This document shows, one piece after another, positions 38,801-51,800 of a stretch of 64,000 bases of DNA (position 1 is the first letter of the stretch; the number at the start of each line of letters is the position of its first letter). Source of the DNA: Mobula hypostoma (taxonomy: Eukaryota); the NCBI RefSeq assembly GCF_963921235.1, contig NC_086097.1, positions 225,744,001 through 225,808,000 on the forward strand, given 5' to 3'. A program made the translations under genes and the position numbers. The notes beneath the pieces were generated by a model that did not search any database, was not told where the DNA came from, and saw only the letters and a list, made by a program, of their open reading frames with translations.

Positions 38801-39113
38801 GAGGAGGTCGGAGGAGATTGGAGGAAAGAAGACCCCGCTAACAGAGATCCAACGGTTGTGCACAAAGTGGTTGAACTCTGATAAGTTTGGCACCTTTTAC
38901 TTTTGTTTTATGTTGTATCTCTATTAATTACCTAGTTCCAGTAAGATTTATAAAGTGTAATCTGTAAATCGTACATTGTGTGCTGTCTGATATTTGATGT
39001 GTAAGTTTGTACCAGGGTGCATTAAACAGCAACTGCGCAAACGTGAGACGCGGTTTGGCAGGCGGATGGGGTTTCCCCTAGACAAACACAAGCCGATAGC
39101 CCTGAGCGTTACA
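35822..39113 (+). mobile_element. Gypsy LTR retrotransposon, 5'-truncated (RNase H, integrase, 3' LTR)
   Basis: HTDASREGLGAVLYQ..ERNY..LEFLALKW..RTDNNP (RNase H); LHDESGHLG..WPRM..CKSC..C (IN zinc finger); SRTTPYHPQGN (IN core); PPT GGCGGGGGGAGGA. Confidence 0.92.
38493..39113 (+). repeat. 3' LTR (621 bp)
   Basis: Starts TGTAG right after the PPT and ends GTTACA. Confidence 0.85.
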
Positions 39114-39171
39114 ATGGTGAATGAGTATCCTGGATAAGGGTCCAAACTCCAGATCTCAGATGCCGGACTTA

Positions 39172-40245
39172 TGAACATAGAAACATAGAAAAACCAAAGC
39201 ACAATACAGGCCCTTCGGCCCACTAAGTTGTGCCAAACATGTCCCTACCGTAGAAATTACTAGGTTTACCCATAGCCCTCTATTTTTGTAAGATCCATGT
39301 ACCTATCCAAAAGTCTCTTAAAAGACCCTATTGTATCTGCCTCCACCACCATTGCCGGCAGCCCATTCCAGGCACTCAGCACTCTCTGTGTAAAAAACCT
39401 ACCCCTGACATCTCCTCTGTACCTACTTCCAAGCACCTTAAAGCTGTGCCCTCTCATGCTAGCCATTTCAGCCCTGACTGATAGCTTCTGACTATCCACA
39501 TGATCAATGCCTCTCATCATCTTATTCACCTCTATCAGGTCACCTCTCATCCTCCGTCGCTCCAAGGAAAAAAAGCTGAGTTCACTCAACCTATTCTCAT
39601 AAGGCATGCTCCCCAATTCAGGCAACATCCTTGCAAATCTCCTCTGCATCCTTTCTATGGTTTCCACATCCTTCCTGTAGTGAGGCGACCAGAACTGAGC
39701 ACAGTACTCCAAGTGGGATCTGACCAGAGTCCTACATAGCTGCAACATTACCTCTCGACTCCTAAATTCATGCCATGCTGACTATTCCTGACTATATTAT
39801 ACCTCTCCAAATGTTCATAAATCATACCTCTCAGGATCTTCACCATCAATTTACCAACCACTGAAGTAAGACTCACTGGTCTATAATTTCCTGGTCTATC
39901 TCTACTCCCTTTCTTGAATAAAGGAACAACATCCACAACCCTCCAATCCTCTGGAACCTCTCCCGTCCCCATTGATGATGCAAAGATCATCACCAGAGGC
40001 TCAGCAATCTCCTCGCTTGCCTCCCATATTAGCCTGGGGTACATCTCATCCCGTCCCGGTGACTTATCCAACTTGATGCTTTCCAAAAGCTCCAGCACAT
40101 CCTCTTTCTTAGTATCTACATGCTCAAGCTTTTCAGTCTGCTGAAAGTCATCCCTACAATCGCCAAGATCCTTTTCCATAGTGAATACTGAAGTAAAGTA
40201 CTCATTAAGTACCTCTGCTATTTCCTCCGGTTCCATACACACTTG
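39172..40245 (-). mobile_element. CR1 LINE fragment with internal deletion
   Basis: ORFs 39748..40344 (KSPGRDEMYPR..NYRPVSLTS) and 39266..39748 are joined with the RT core missing; (ACATAGAA)n tail. Confidence 0.88.
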
Positions 40246-41527
40246 CCGATACATACTTTTGGGGTGTGGGAGGAAAGCAAAGAGAAATGTGTAAGTCTGC
40301 TCATTCACGGAGAGGAAGTGAAAACTCCACACTGACAGCGTCATGCATCAAGGTGGAACTGTTTGTCAGCAGCCTTACCAGCTGTGAAGTGTTATGAATA
40401 GCCAGCTGAAGCTTGGCGTTTATGGTCTGCGAATCCCCCGTTATCAGTGAATGCTACAACCTGAGTCCTGTGGCTGTCCTAAATGCCTGATTTTCATATT
40501 TAAGCAGTCCACCACATACTAAAAAATCCAAAATGAAATTTGAATCAGATGAGAAAATTTATGTGTAGGATTCCTGCCATATTTTCTTGTACAGTAAATG
40601 TAAAAAGGTAGCTAAATTCACCTATATAACATTATGTATCTCACTTCTCTTTTACTCTCTAAGACACTGGAAAGATTTAGCGATTTAATCAAAGGTCAGT
40701 TTGGTAATAAAGGTCATTTATCTGCAAAATGACATACAGAGACAGCAGGCATGCTTGTAGGTGCTTTCTTTCAAAGAACTACTCAGGAAGCTACTGTCTC
40801 CAGACCATGTTGCAGCTCCACCATGTCACCACCGACCGCAACGTGATGGAAGCATTGAAAGAGCAATTATTTTCTACAAGCTGCCATTGCTTACAACACA
40901 CACATTACAGAAAAAATAAAAACATCCAATTACACTCATGTGCTTTACAGTGGCAAAAGTTCCTGAGGTGCTTGGATCAATGGGTTGTCCTTCCAAATCT
41001 AATCCTAGTTGGATGAGACTCTCCAACAGCCTTCACTGAACTGTAATGTTTGGTTTGCAGATTTAGTGGTGTAAGCTTCAGTATTTCGACATTATTTTCC
41101 ATCAAATAAGAGTCCGTGGCAGCCTTCATGAAATGTCATCAATTCATCCAATATGGTAGACCTTCCTCTGCAGATCGGGAGATCGAGGAGTGAGTTGAAG
41201 AAAGTTTCCCGCGGACTTTAAGCACCAGTTTCAAAGAGCAAGCGGGCCTGTGAGGACTTGTCTGCGGAACGGGAAATCATGAAGTGAGTTGGAGACACTT
41301 CCTTATTGACTTTATGCACCAGTTTTAAAAAGCAAGTGGGGAGTTTTCCGTGGAGCAGGAGACTGCTTGGGTTGATAGTAGTTAGGATTGATTAGCAAGA
41401 GACAGTAAAAGGAAGTGGTGTTTGAGTGGAGCAGCTATTATTGGAGTGGCCATTGTGTGAGTGCTGAGTGTTAAGAGTGGTAAGACTTTGGCTCAACAGG
41501 GCTTGGCCATGAACAGGCACAGGCTGG

Positions 41528-41978
41528 AACATGTTTGGGGAGTGTGTTTTATGAAAATAGGTTGAGTGAACTCGGCCTTTTCTCTTTGGAGTGATGGAGG
41601 ATGAGAGGTGACCTGATAGAGGTGTATGAGATGCTGAGAGGCAGTGATCATGTGTAGAGTCAGAGGCTTTTTCCCAGGCCTGAAATGGCTAGCAAAAGAG
41701 GACACATTTTAAAGGTGCTTGAAAGTAGGTACAGAGATGATGTCAGGGGTAAGTTTTTTATGCAGAGAGAGGTGAGTGCGTGGAATGGGCTGCCGGTGAC
41801 GGTGGTGGAGGTGGATAGAATAGGGTCTTTTAAGAGACTCCTGGATATGTACATGGAGCTTAGAAAAATAGAGGGCTATGGGTAACCCGAGGTAATTTCT
41901 AAGGTAAGGACACATCCGGCACAGTTTTGTGGGTCAAAGGACTTGTATTGTACTGTAGGTTTTCTATGTTTCTATGTT
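41528..41978 (+). mobile_element. CR1 3' fragment nested in the CR1 5' region
   Basis: KRGHILKVLESRYRDDVRGKFF..IEGYG; (TTTCTATG)n tail. Confidence 0.85.
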
Positions 41979-42991
41979 TGAGATATTAGAGGCATAACAA
42001 GCGTAGGCAGGATGGTAGTTCACGCAGTGGAATTCCTCTCCTGTGGGATGTGAGATTTGAGAGTATCTAATGATCTCCCTGATGACTATATCTGCAGGAA
42101 ATACACCCAACTTCAGCTCCTAAAAGACAAGGTCAAGGAAATGAAGCTGGAGCAGAATGCATTCAGGAGGCTGAAAACTTCACAGATCAGAATCATCTTT
42201 ATTATCACCTGCATGTGACATGAAATTTGTTAACTTAGCAGTAGCAGTTCAATGAAATACATAATATAGAAGAGAAAAATCAATCAATCAATTACCGTAT
42301 ATCTACATTGAATATATTAAAAATTGTGCAAAAAACAGAAATACTATATATTAAAAGAAGTGAGGTAGTGTCCAAGGGTTCAATGTCCATTTAGGAATCA
42401 GATGGTAGAGGAGAAGCTGTTCCTGAATTACTGAGTGTGTGTCTTCAGGCTTCTGTACCTCCTACCTGATGGTAACAGTGAGAAAAGGGCATGCCCTGGG
42501 TGCTGGAGGTCCTTAATAATAGACGTTGCCTTTCTGAGACACCGCTCTTTGAAGATGTCCTGGGTACTTTGTAGGCTAGTACATAAGATGGAGCTGACTA
42601 GATTTACAACCCTCTGTAGCTTCTTTTTGTCCTGTGCAGTAGCGCCCCCCCCCCCAATACCAGACAGTGATGCAGCCTGTCAGAATGCTCGCCACGGTAC
42701 ATCTATAGAAGTTTTTGAGTGAATCTGTTGATAGACTAAATCTCTTCAAATTCCTAATGAAGCATAGCCACTGTCTTGCCTTCTCCATAACTGCTTTGAT
42801 ATTTTGGGACCAAGTTAGATCCCCAGAGTTCTTGACAGGCTGGAACGTGAAACTGTTCACTCTCTCCACTTCTGATCCCTCAGTGAAGATTGGTACGTCC
42901 TCCTTCGTCTAACCCTTCCAGAAGTCCACTATCAGCTCTTTCGGCTTACTGTTGTTAAGTGCCAGGTTGTTGCTGCGTCACCATTCCACTA

Positions 42992-44305
42992 CATAGAAAC
43001 ATAGAAACTAGGTGCAGGAGTAGGCCATTTGGCCCTTCAAGCCTGCACCGCCATTCAGTATGATCATGGCTGATCATCCAATTCAGGACCCTGCACCAGC
43101 CTTCTCTCCATACCCCGTGATCCCTTTAGCCACAAGGGCCATATCTAACTCCCTCTTAAATATAGCCAATGAACTGGCCTCAACTGTTTCCTGTGGAAGA
43201 GAATTCCACAGATTCACCACTCTCTGTGTGAAGAAGATTTTCCTCATCTCGGTCCTAGAAGTCTTCTCCTTTATCCTCAAACTGTGACCCCTCGTCCTGG
43301 ACTTCCCCAACATCAGGAACAATCTTCCTGCATCTAGCCTGTCCAATCTCTTTAGGATTTTATACGTTTCAATCAGATCCCCCCTCAATCTTCTAAATTC
43401 CAACGAGTATAAGCCTAGTTGATCCAGTCTTTCATCATATGAAAGTCCTACCATCCCAGGAATCAATCTCGTGAACCTTCTTTGTACTCCCTCTATGGCA
43501 AGGATGTCTTTCCTCAGATTAGGGGACCAAAACTGCGCACAATACTCCAGGTGTGGTCTCACCAAGGCCTTGTACAACTGCAGTAGTACCTCCCTGCTCC
43601 TGTACTCGAATCCTCTTGCTATGAATGCCAATATACCATTTGCCTTTTTCACCGCCTGCTGTACCTGCATGCCCACTTTCAATGACTGGTGTATAATGAC
43701 ACCCAGGTCTCGTTGCACCTCCCCTTTTCCTAATCGGCCACCATTCAGATAATAATCTGTTTTCCTGTTCTTGCCACCAAAGTGGATAACTTCACATTTA
43801 TCCACATTAAATTGCATCTGCCATGAACTTGCCCACTCACCTAACCTATCCAAGTCACCCTGCATCCTCTTAGCATCCTCCTCACAGCTAACACTGCCGC
43901 CCAACTTCATGTCATCCGCAAACTTGGAGATACTGCATTTAATTCCCTCATCTAAGTCATTAATATATATTGTAAACAACTGTGGTCCCAGCACTGAGCC
44001 TTGCGGTACCCCACTAGTCACTGCCTGCCATTCTGAAAAGGTCCCGTTTATTCCCACTCTTTGCTTCCTGACTGCCAACCAATTCTCTATCCACATCAAT
44101 ACCTTACCCACAATACCGTGTGCTTTAAGTTTGCACACTAATCTCCTGTGTGGGACCTTGTCAAAAGACTTTTGAAAATCCAAATATACAACATCCACTG
44201 GTTCTCCCCTATCCACTCTACTAGTTACATCCTCAAAAAATCCTATGAGATTCGTCAGACATGATTTTCCCTTCACAAATCCATGCTGACTTTGTCCGAT
44301 GATTT
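42992..44305 (-). mobile_element. Young CR1 insertion with uninterrupted 5'-truncated RT ORF
   Basis: ORF 43083..44318 is open across SQHGF, GVPQGSVLGP and KFADD through to the natural stop; CACTA duplicated at 42987-42991 and 44306-44310. Confidence 0.92.
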
Positions 44306-44509
44306 CACTAGTTGGCATATCTCACTCCTGTACACCCTCTTGTCACCAGCTGAGATTCTACCAACAACGGTTGTATCGTCAGCAAATTTATAGATGGTAT
44401 TTGAGCTATGTCTAGCCACACAGTCAGTGTATATAGAGAGTAGAGCATTGGGCTGAGCACACACCCCTGAGGTGCACCAGTGTTAATTGTTAGCGAGGAG
44501 GAGATTTTA

Positions 44510-45100
44510 AAAACATAGAACATAGAATAGTACAGTACATTACAGGCCCTTTGGCCCACAATGTTGTGCCGACCCTCAAACCCTCCCTCCCATATAACCC
44601 CCACCTTAAATTCCTCCATATACCTGACTAGTAGTCTCTTAAATTTCACTAGCGTATCTGCCTCCACCACTGACTCAGGCAGTGCATTCCACGCACCAAC
44701 CACTCCCTGAGTAAAAAACCTTCCTCTAATATCCCCCTTAAACTTCCCACCCCTTACCTTAAAGCCATGTCCTCTTGTATTGAGCAGTGGTGCCCTGGGA
44801 AAGAGGCGCTGGCTATCCACTCTATCTATTCCTCTTATTATCTTGTATACCTCTATCATGTCTGCTCTCATCCTCCTTCTCTCCAAAGAGTAAAACCCTA
44901 GCTCCCTTAATCTCTGATCATAATCCATATTCTCTAAACCAGGAAGCATCCTGGTAAATCTCCTCTGTACCCTTTCCAATGCTTTCACATCCTTCCTATA
45001 GTGAGGCGACCAGAACTGGACACAGTACTCCAAGTGTGGCCTAACCAGAGTTTTATAGAGCTGCATCATTACATTGCGACTCTTAAACTCTATCCCTTAA
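44510..45100 (-). mobile_element. CR1 3' insertion in Rex1
   Basis: LVRPHLEYCVQFWSPHYRKD..; (AACATAG)n tail; TSD ATTTTA at 44504-44509 and 45101-45106. Confidence 0.9.
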
Positions 45101-48100
45101 ATTTTATCGCCAATCACCACAGATTGTGGTCTTCCAGTTTGGAAGTCAAGATTACAATTGCAGAGGGTGGTACAGAAGTCCAGGTTCTGCAACTTCTCAA
45201 TCAGGATTGTGGGAATGATGGTATTAAATGCTGAGCTATTGTTGATGAACAGCATCCTGACGTAGGTGTTTGTGTTGTCCAGGTGGTCTAAAGCCGTGTG
45301 GAGAGCCATTGAGATTGCGCCTGCTGTTGACCTATTGTGGCGACAGGCAAACTGCAATGGGTCCAGGTCCTTGCTGAGGCAGGAGTTCAGTCTAGTCATG
45401 ACCAAGCTCTCAAAGCATTTCATCACTGTCGATGTGAGTGCTACCAGGCAATAGTCATTAATGCAGCTTCCATTATTCTTCTTGGGCACTGGTATAATTG
45501 TTGCCTTTTTGAAGCAAGTGGGAAATTTTCCCATAGCAGTGAGAGGTTGAAAGTGTCCTTAAATACTCCTGCCAGTTGGTTGGCACAGGTTTTCAGAGCC
45601 TTACCAGGTACTCCATCAGGACCTTCCACCTTGTGAGGGTACACTATCTTTAAAGACAGTCTAACATCGGCCTCTGAGACGGAGATCACAGGGTCGTCAG
45701 GTGCAGCAGGGATCTTCACAGCTGTAGTTGTATTCTCCCTTTCAAAGCGGGCATAGAAGGCATTGAGTTCATCTGGTAGTGAAGCATCGCTGCCATTCAT
45801 GCTATTGGGTTTTGTTTTATAGGGAGTAATGTCTAGCAAACTCTGCCAATGTTGTCGTACATCCAATGTCGCCTCCAACCTCATTTGAAATTGTCTCTTC
45901 AACCTTGAAATAGCCCTCTGCAGATCATACCTGGTTTTCTGGCACAGGCCTGGGTTGCCAGACTTGAATGCCACAGATCTAGCCTTCAGTAGATGACATA
46001 CCTCCTGATTCATCTACGGCTTTTGTTTTGGGAATGTACAGTAAGTCTGTAGGCACACATTTATACACACAGGTTTTAATAAAGTCAGTAACAACTGCAG
46101 CATACTCATCCAGATTCGAAGATGAATCCCTGAATACAGTCCAATCCACTGATTCAAATCTGTCCTATAGGCGCTCCTGTGCTTCCTTTGTTCATACCTT
46201 CTTGGTCCTCACTGCTGGTGCTGCAGTCTTCAGTCTCTGCCTATACTCAGGGAGTAGAAGGACAACCAGGTGATTGACTTCCCGAAGTGAGGGCATGGAA
46301 TAGCACAGTAGGCATTCTTGATGGTGGTGTAGCAATGGTCCAGTGTGTTGTTTCCTCTGGTATTGCAAGTGGTCTGTTGATGGTAATTGCTTAGTGATTT
46401 TTTTCAGACTGGCCGAGTTAAAATCTCCCAAAATGATGGTGGAGGCGTTAGGATGCGCTGTTTCGTGCATGTTGATCCCATTGCTCAGATCCTCTAAACC
46501 CTGATTGACATTGGCCTTAGGTGGAATGTAAACTGCTACCAAAATGACCCCGGTGAACTCCCGTGGTAGGTAAAAAGGACGACACTTTACTGCTATATAT
46601 TCCAGGCCTGGTGAGCAGAATTGGGACAGCACTGATATATTTGTGCACCAAGAAGAGTTGATCATGAGGCATACTCCTTCACCTCTGCTTTTGAGAGACT
46701 CTGTAGATCTATCCTGGCGGTGTATAGTAAACCCGTCGATCTGAATCGTTGCTTCTGGTATGGAAGGGGTTAGGCAGGGTTCCGTGAAACAAAGGACACA
46801 TGCGGCCCTAATATCCCGCTGATTCAGCACCCTAGCTCTGAGAGCATCGATTTTATTCACTAGAGACTGCATGTTTGCCAGCAAGATAGTTGGTATAGGG
46901 AGTTTAAAATCCCGTTTTTTTAAACGCACTTGTAACCCCGACCTGCACTCACGCTTCCTGCGTGGGAGCTTCCGACCACAATCGGTGCCGTTTCTGTCAG
47001 TTTTAAGCAGCGATAGTTTGTTTAAATGCATTAAGACATCTTTGTTGACTGTACTGACATTGGAAGCAGTTGTGTTTTTTAGCTGAAACAAGAATATTTA
47101 ATCGTATCCATTGAGGAGTACTGCTGCTACTCGAATCACCCCCTAGGTGCCCCGGTAGTTGAGTCTTTTCTGAGGTGGTCTCTTGCAGGCTGCAGATAGT
47201 AGATGGGAGATGGGTGACCACCAGATAAAGTAAGGGGAGTCAGTAGTCAATGCAGGGTTACCCTGTGTGCATTCCCCTCAGCAACAAGTATACCCCTTTG
47301 GATACTGCTGGGGGAGGGATAACCTATCAGGGCACTGCAGCAGTGCCAGGGCAGTGGCACTGTGGCCAGCTCTGAAATTCAGCAGGGAAGAGTAAAGTCA
47401 GACAGAGGAGTATTGATAGGAGACTTGATAATCAGGGGAAAGGACAGCAGATTCTGTGGCTGTGAAGCAGAATCCAGGTTGTTGGTTTGCCTTCCAGGCA
47501 CTAGTGTCAATGATGTCTCAGAGTGGCTGCAGAATTTTCTCAAGAGGGAGGGTGAGTGTCTCGAGGTCATGACATAGGTAGAATGGGGGAAAAGGTCCTG
47601 TGAGTATAGACAGTTAGAGAAGAGGTTGAAGAGCAGAAACTCCAAGGTAGTAATCTCTGGATTATTCCCACTACCGCATACTAGTCAGGGCAGGGATATG
47701 ATGATAGCACAGACGAGTGGCTGGGAAAGTGGTGCAGGGGGCAGGATGTCAGATTTCTGTATCATTGGGATCTCTTCCAGGACAGGTATGTCCTGTACGA
47801 AAAGGACAGTTTACATCTGAACCCGAGGGGCACCAATAACCTTGTAGGCAGGTTTGCTAGAATTGTTGGAAAGCACTAAAACTAAGTTGGCAGGGGGATG
47901 GGAATTTGAGTAATAGGGCTGAGGATGGGGCAGTTGGTGTACAAGTCAATGCAGTGTTTATTGAGACTGTGAGGAAGGACAGGCAGATGATAGGGCACAA
48001 TTGCAGTCAGTGGGATGAGGTGAAGTGTAATATGGGGAGAAAACTGAAAATGGAGACAAATACCAGACTGAAGGTGTTATATTTGAATGCACACAGTATA

Positions 48101-48874
48101 CAGAATAAAGTAGATGAACTTGTAGCACAGTGAGAGATTGTCAGGTATGACGTTGTGGCATCACTGAGTCTTGCCTGAAAGATCATGATTGGTCACTTAA
48201 CGTCCAAGGATACACATTGTATCAGAAGGAGAGGCAGGTGGCAGAGATGGTGGGGCGACTGTTGGGAAAAATTGAAATCAAATCCTCAAAAAGGTGTGAC
48301 ATTGGGTCAGAAGTTACAGAATCCTTGTGAGCAGAGTTAAGAACTGCAAGGTGAAAAAGACGCTGATGGGAGTTATATACAGACCTCCGAATAGTAGCCA
48401 GGATGCGAGATATAAATATCAAAAAGAAATAGAAAAAGAATGAAATAAGGGCAATATTATGATAGGATACAGGTAGATTGGGAAAATCATGTTGGTCCTC
48501 AATACCAAGAGAAGGAACTTGTAGAATGCCTATGAGATGGCTTTTTAGAGCAGCTTGTAGTTGAGCTCACTAGGAGAAAGACAATTCTGACTGGTTGTTG
48601 TGCAATGAACCAGATTTGATTATGGACCATAAGGTAAAGGAATCCTTGGAATGCAGTGATCATAATATGAGAGAGTTCATCCTGCAGTTCGAGAGGGAAA
48701 AGATGAAGTCATATGTATAAGTATTCCAGTGGAGTAAAGGGAATTACAGAGACATGAGAGAGGAGTTGGCCAAAGTTGATGGAAAGGGAACACTGGCAGG
48801 GTTGACTGGAATTTCTAGGGGCAATTTGGAAGAAGCAGGATAGATCAAGAAGTATTCTAAAAGTAGGATGGGGC

Positions 48875-51800
48875 TAAGGATTTGGTGAATAAAATATCTG
48901 AGAGCCATTTTATGTGCTTAACAAAAGCCACAACCCTTTTACTTCCATTACGAGCAAACCAAAAGCAGTTACCTTTCACTGGCATCATTACATCAAACAC
49001 CATCTCTTAAAGTGAACACAGCAACTCAATGACGGTGTTTGTGAACTATGTAGGAGAGTTTTGATTATGAACAATATGTGTCATCTGTCACCCATTATAT
49101 TACCCAATGCAGGCCCCTCCTGAATTCTGGTATTATGAGTCTGGCTGGAGCCTGGCTCAGGTCCTACATGCCTTAGTTGGAGTAACAGCAGGTACCTTTG
49201 GCTTGTCCAGCAGTATGCTAACTTGTACATGCTCATGTCGTGGTGCAGAGGGTATGGTAGTGGAACCATCCAGGCTCAATGGGTCAGTTTAAGGTGATCT
49301 TCAGAAATACATTCAGATCACCCTTCTTATCTATGATAGAAGTCTTTTCATCCCATCCCAAAATGCGGAGTGGGGGATTGTAAGGAGATTAAGGGGGTGC
49401 TCATGTACGTTATGGCAGACAAAAACCAATGATGTAGAACACCGGTCAACTGGAAGTCAAGAGTGCTGTACGGCATGATGGGAGGTAGGAGTAAGTGTAA
49501 AAGAATTGAGTTTATGAGGAGGGAGGACTGCTAGTGAGACACTGACCAGGCAGTGACATCAGGAATAAAATCAGCCAGCCCCTGTAGTGGTTGCCCATGC
49601 ACCAACTCAGCTGCAGAGAGACAGTCAGGGAGACCATCAGAGCAGTCTTTAGGCAACAGTGAAGCCACTCCAGAGGCCCCAGGCCTGCAGGTGATATGCC
49701 GTGGTATGATGCAATTTAATGCTGAGGTTCTGGCCATTGTGGCTCAGAGGTCTGATGTGAACTGGGGACAAAGATTGGAAGAAATATCAGATGGGGTGTC
49801 GAACCACGTGACCCGGGTGTTGATGAATGCCCAAGCCATGTCTGTAGCCATCGTCGAAGCTAGAGGGATGACCTCTGGCCACTTATTGGTACGGGGATGC
49901 ATGAAGCCATGGGAAGAGGGGTGCAGACCAACCAGGTCCACATTGACATGGTCAAACTATTGTTCAGAGACCTCGAAAGATGCCAATCGTGCCTGAATGT
50001 GATGGTTAATGTTTGCTCACTGACTCACAGCACAAGCTGATCTCCAATCTTGCATGTCCTTCCAAAGGCCATGTCACACAAACTTTTAAAGCTCCATGTT
50101 CTATGAAGCCTTTCAGCCTGGATGTGAGAGGTCATGGAATGGAGTTAAAACAGTGCACCTCCAATTTGCAGGCACTATGATGTGAGCAAAAACAACTGAG
50201 ACATCACATAGGAGAGAAACTCCTGCATTCCTGAACTTAACATTGGCCACTTGCAGGCTTGTGACTGCCGTCCTGTTAGCCTGGACATCTGGATTGGTAG
50301 CTTGGTCAGCTGCCATCGATGGCGGGCCATGAAAGTCAATCAATCACAGCATTATTTGTCCCTTGGATTTGCTGTATGTCAGTCATGAATTCTAAAATGT
50401 TGGCCAGATGGCTTTGCTACCATACAGACCAAGGATCTGACACTTTGGCTATCACATACACGAGGGGTTTATGGTCAATGAACACTGTGAAAAGCCAACC
50501 TCCTGTAGAAAACAAAAATATCAGATGGCCAAATAGAGACCGCAAAGCTCACGGTCAAACATGCTGTACTTCTCCTTGGGGTGGGGGGGAGGGGGGGTCA
50601 AAGCTACTGGCTGAAGAAGGCAAGCAGCTGCCACACCCCTCCAACAAACTCTTCATGCACAGCTCCCACAGTATGGTCCGGAGTGTCAGTACTGATGGCT
50701 ATGGGTGTGTAGGGAAAAGAGAGCACCAGTAGGGTTACTTTTGAAAGATCTCGTTTGGTGTCGTCAAATGTTCTGGTTATGTCTGCTGACCACTCAAACA
50801 TGCTATTAGGAGTATTGCCTTTAAGGACACAATACAAGGGGGAGCATAAGTTCAGCAGCTCGTGGAATGAAACAGTGATAGAAGTTCACCACTTCTAAAA
50901 TCTCTAGCGGTGCTTTGGTGGTGCGGGGCAGTGGAAAATCCATAATAGTGGCGACTTTTGGTGGCAGAGATGTCACACCTTCTGCGGAGATGCGGTGGCC
51001 AAGGAAGTCAATGGTGTACAACCTGAATTGGTATTTAGTGGGGTTAATAGTCAGCCCATGTTGACTTAAGCACTTGATAAGTGTGTAGAGATGTGATAAG
51101 TGTTCAGTTTTGGATGCGCTGGCAACAAGTATATCATCCAGGTAAACAAAAAGAAAATCTAAGTTTTTTAACACAGAGTCTATTAGTCGTTGGAAAGTCA
51201 ATGCTGCATATTTCAAAGTTCAAAGTAAACTTATTCTAGAAGTACATATATGTCACCATTTAGATTTATTTTCTTGCAGACAAACTTAGCCTAACCAGCA
51301 TGGGCAGAAACTCAAATAGGCCAAACAAAGCTATAACTATAGTTTTGGGAATGTCCTCAGTGCACACAGGCACCTGATGGTATCTCCTGACTAAGTCCAC
51401 TTTATAAAAAAATATATTTCCAGCTAATTGTGCCAGAAATGTAGGGCTGGATATTGATAGGGAGTGGTGGCCTTGTTAAAGTAGCGGTTATTGCCACATG
51501 GACGGCAACCACCATGGTTAGGGGCCATGTGGAGGGGTAAAGCCCAGGGACTCTCCAACCTGTGTACAATGCCAAGCATTTTCAGATTAGCAAATTCAGC
51601 CTTCGCATTGGCCAGCTTTTCTGAGTCCAGTCCATGCACGTGGATGTGGACTGGTGAACCGGTTGTGGAAATGTGGTGCTCAACCCCAAATTTATGACTG
51701 TAGTGGAAAATATGGGCTTGGTGAGGTTTGGGAATTCACCCAGCAGGCAAGTGAATTCATATATAGTGTTGCATGCGCTAGACTGAGTCATCATAGGAAC

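Larger units (their letters stand above)
42187..47155 (-). mobile_element. Rex1/Babar LINE, near full length
   Basis: APE endonuclease ORF 46192..47091 (LLANMQSL..CFTE..VYIPP..ILGDFN); RT pieces ([28 protein letters not shown]); 3' UTR with AATAAA at about 42200. Confidence 0.9.

Noticed and set aside
40729..41016. 95-aa ORF in a repeat-free island
   Set aside because: No recognisable domain; length is compatible with chance.
44308..45069. 253-aa ORF as a novel gene
   Set aside because: Chimeric read-through from a CR1 3' insert into flanking Rex1 sequence.
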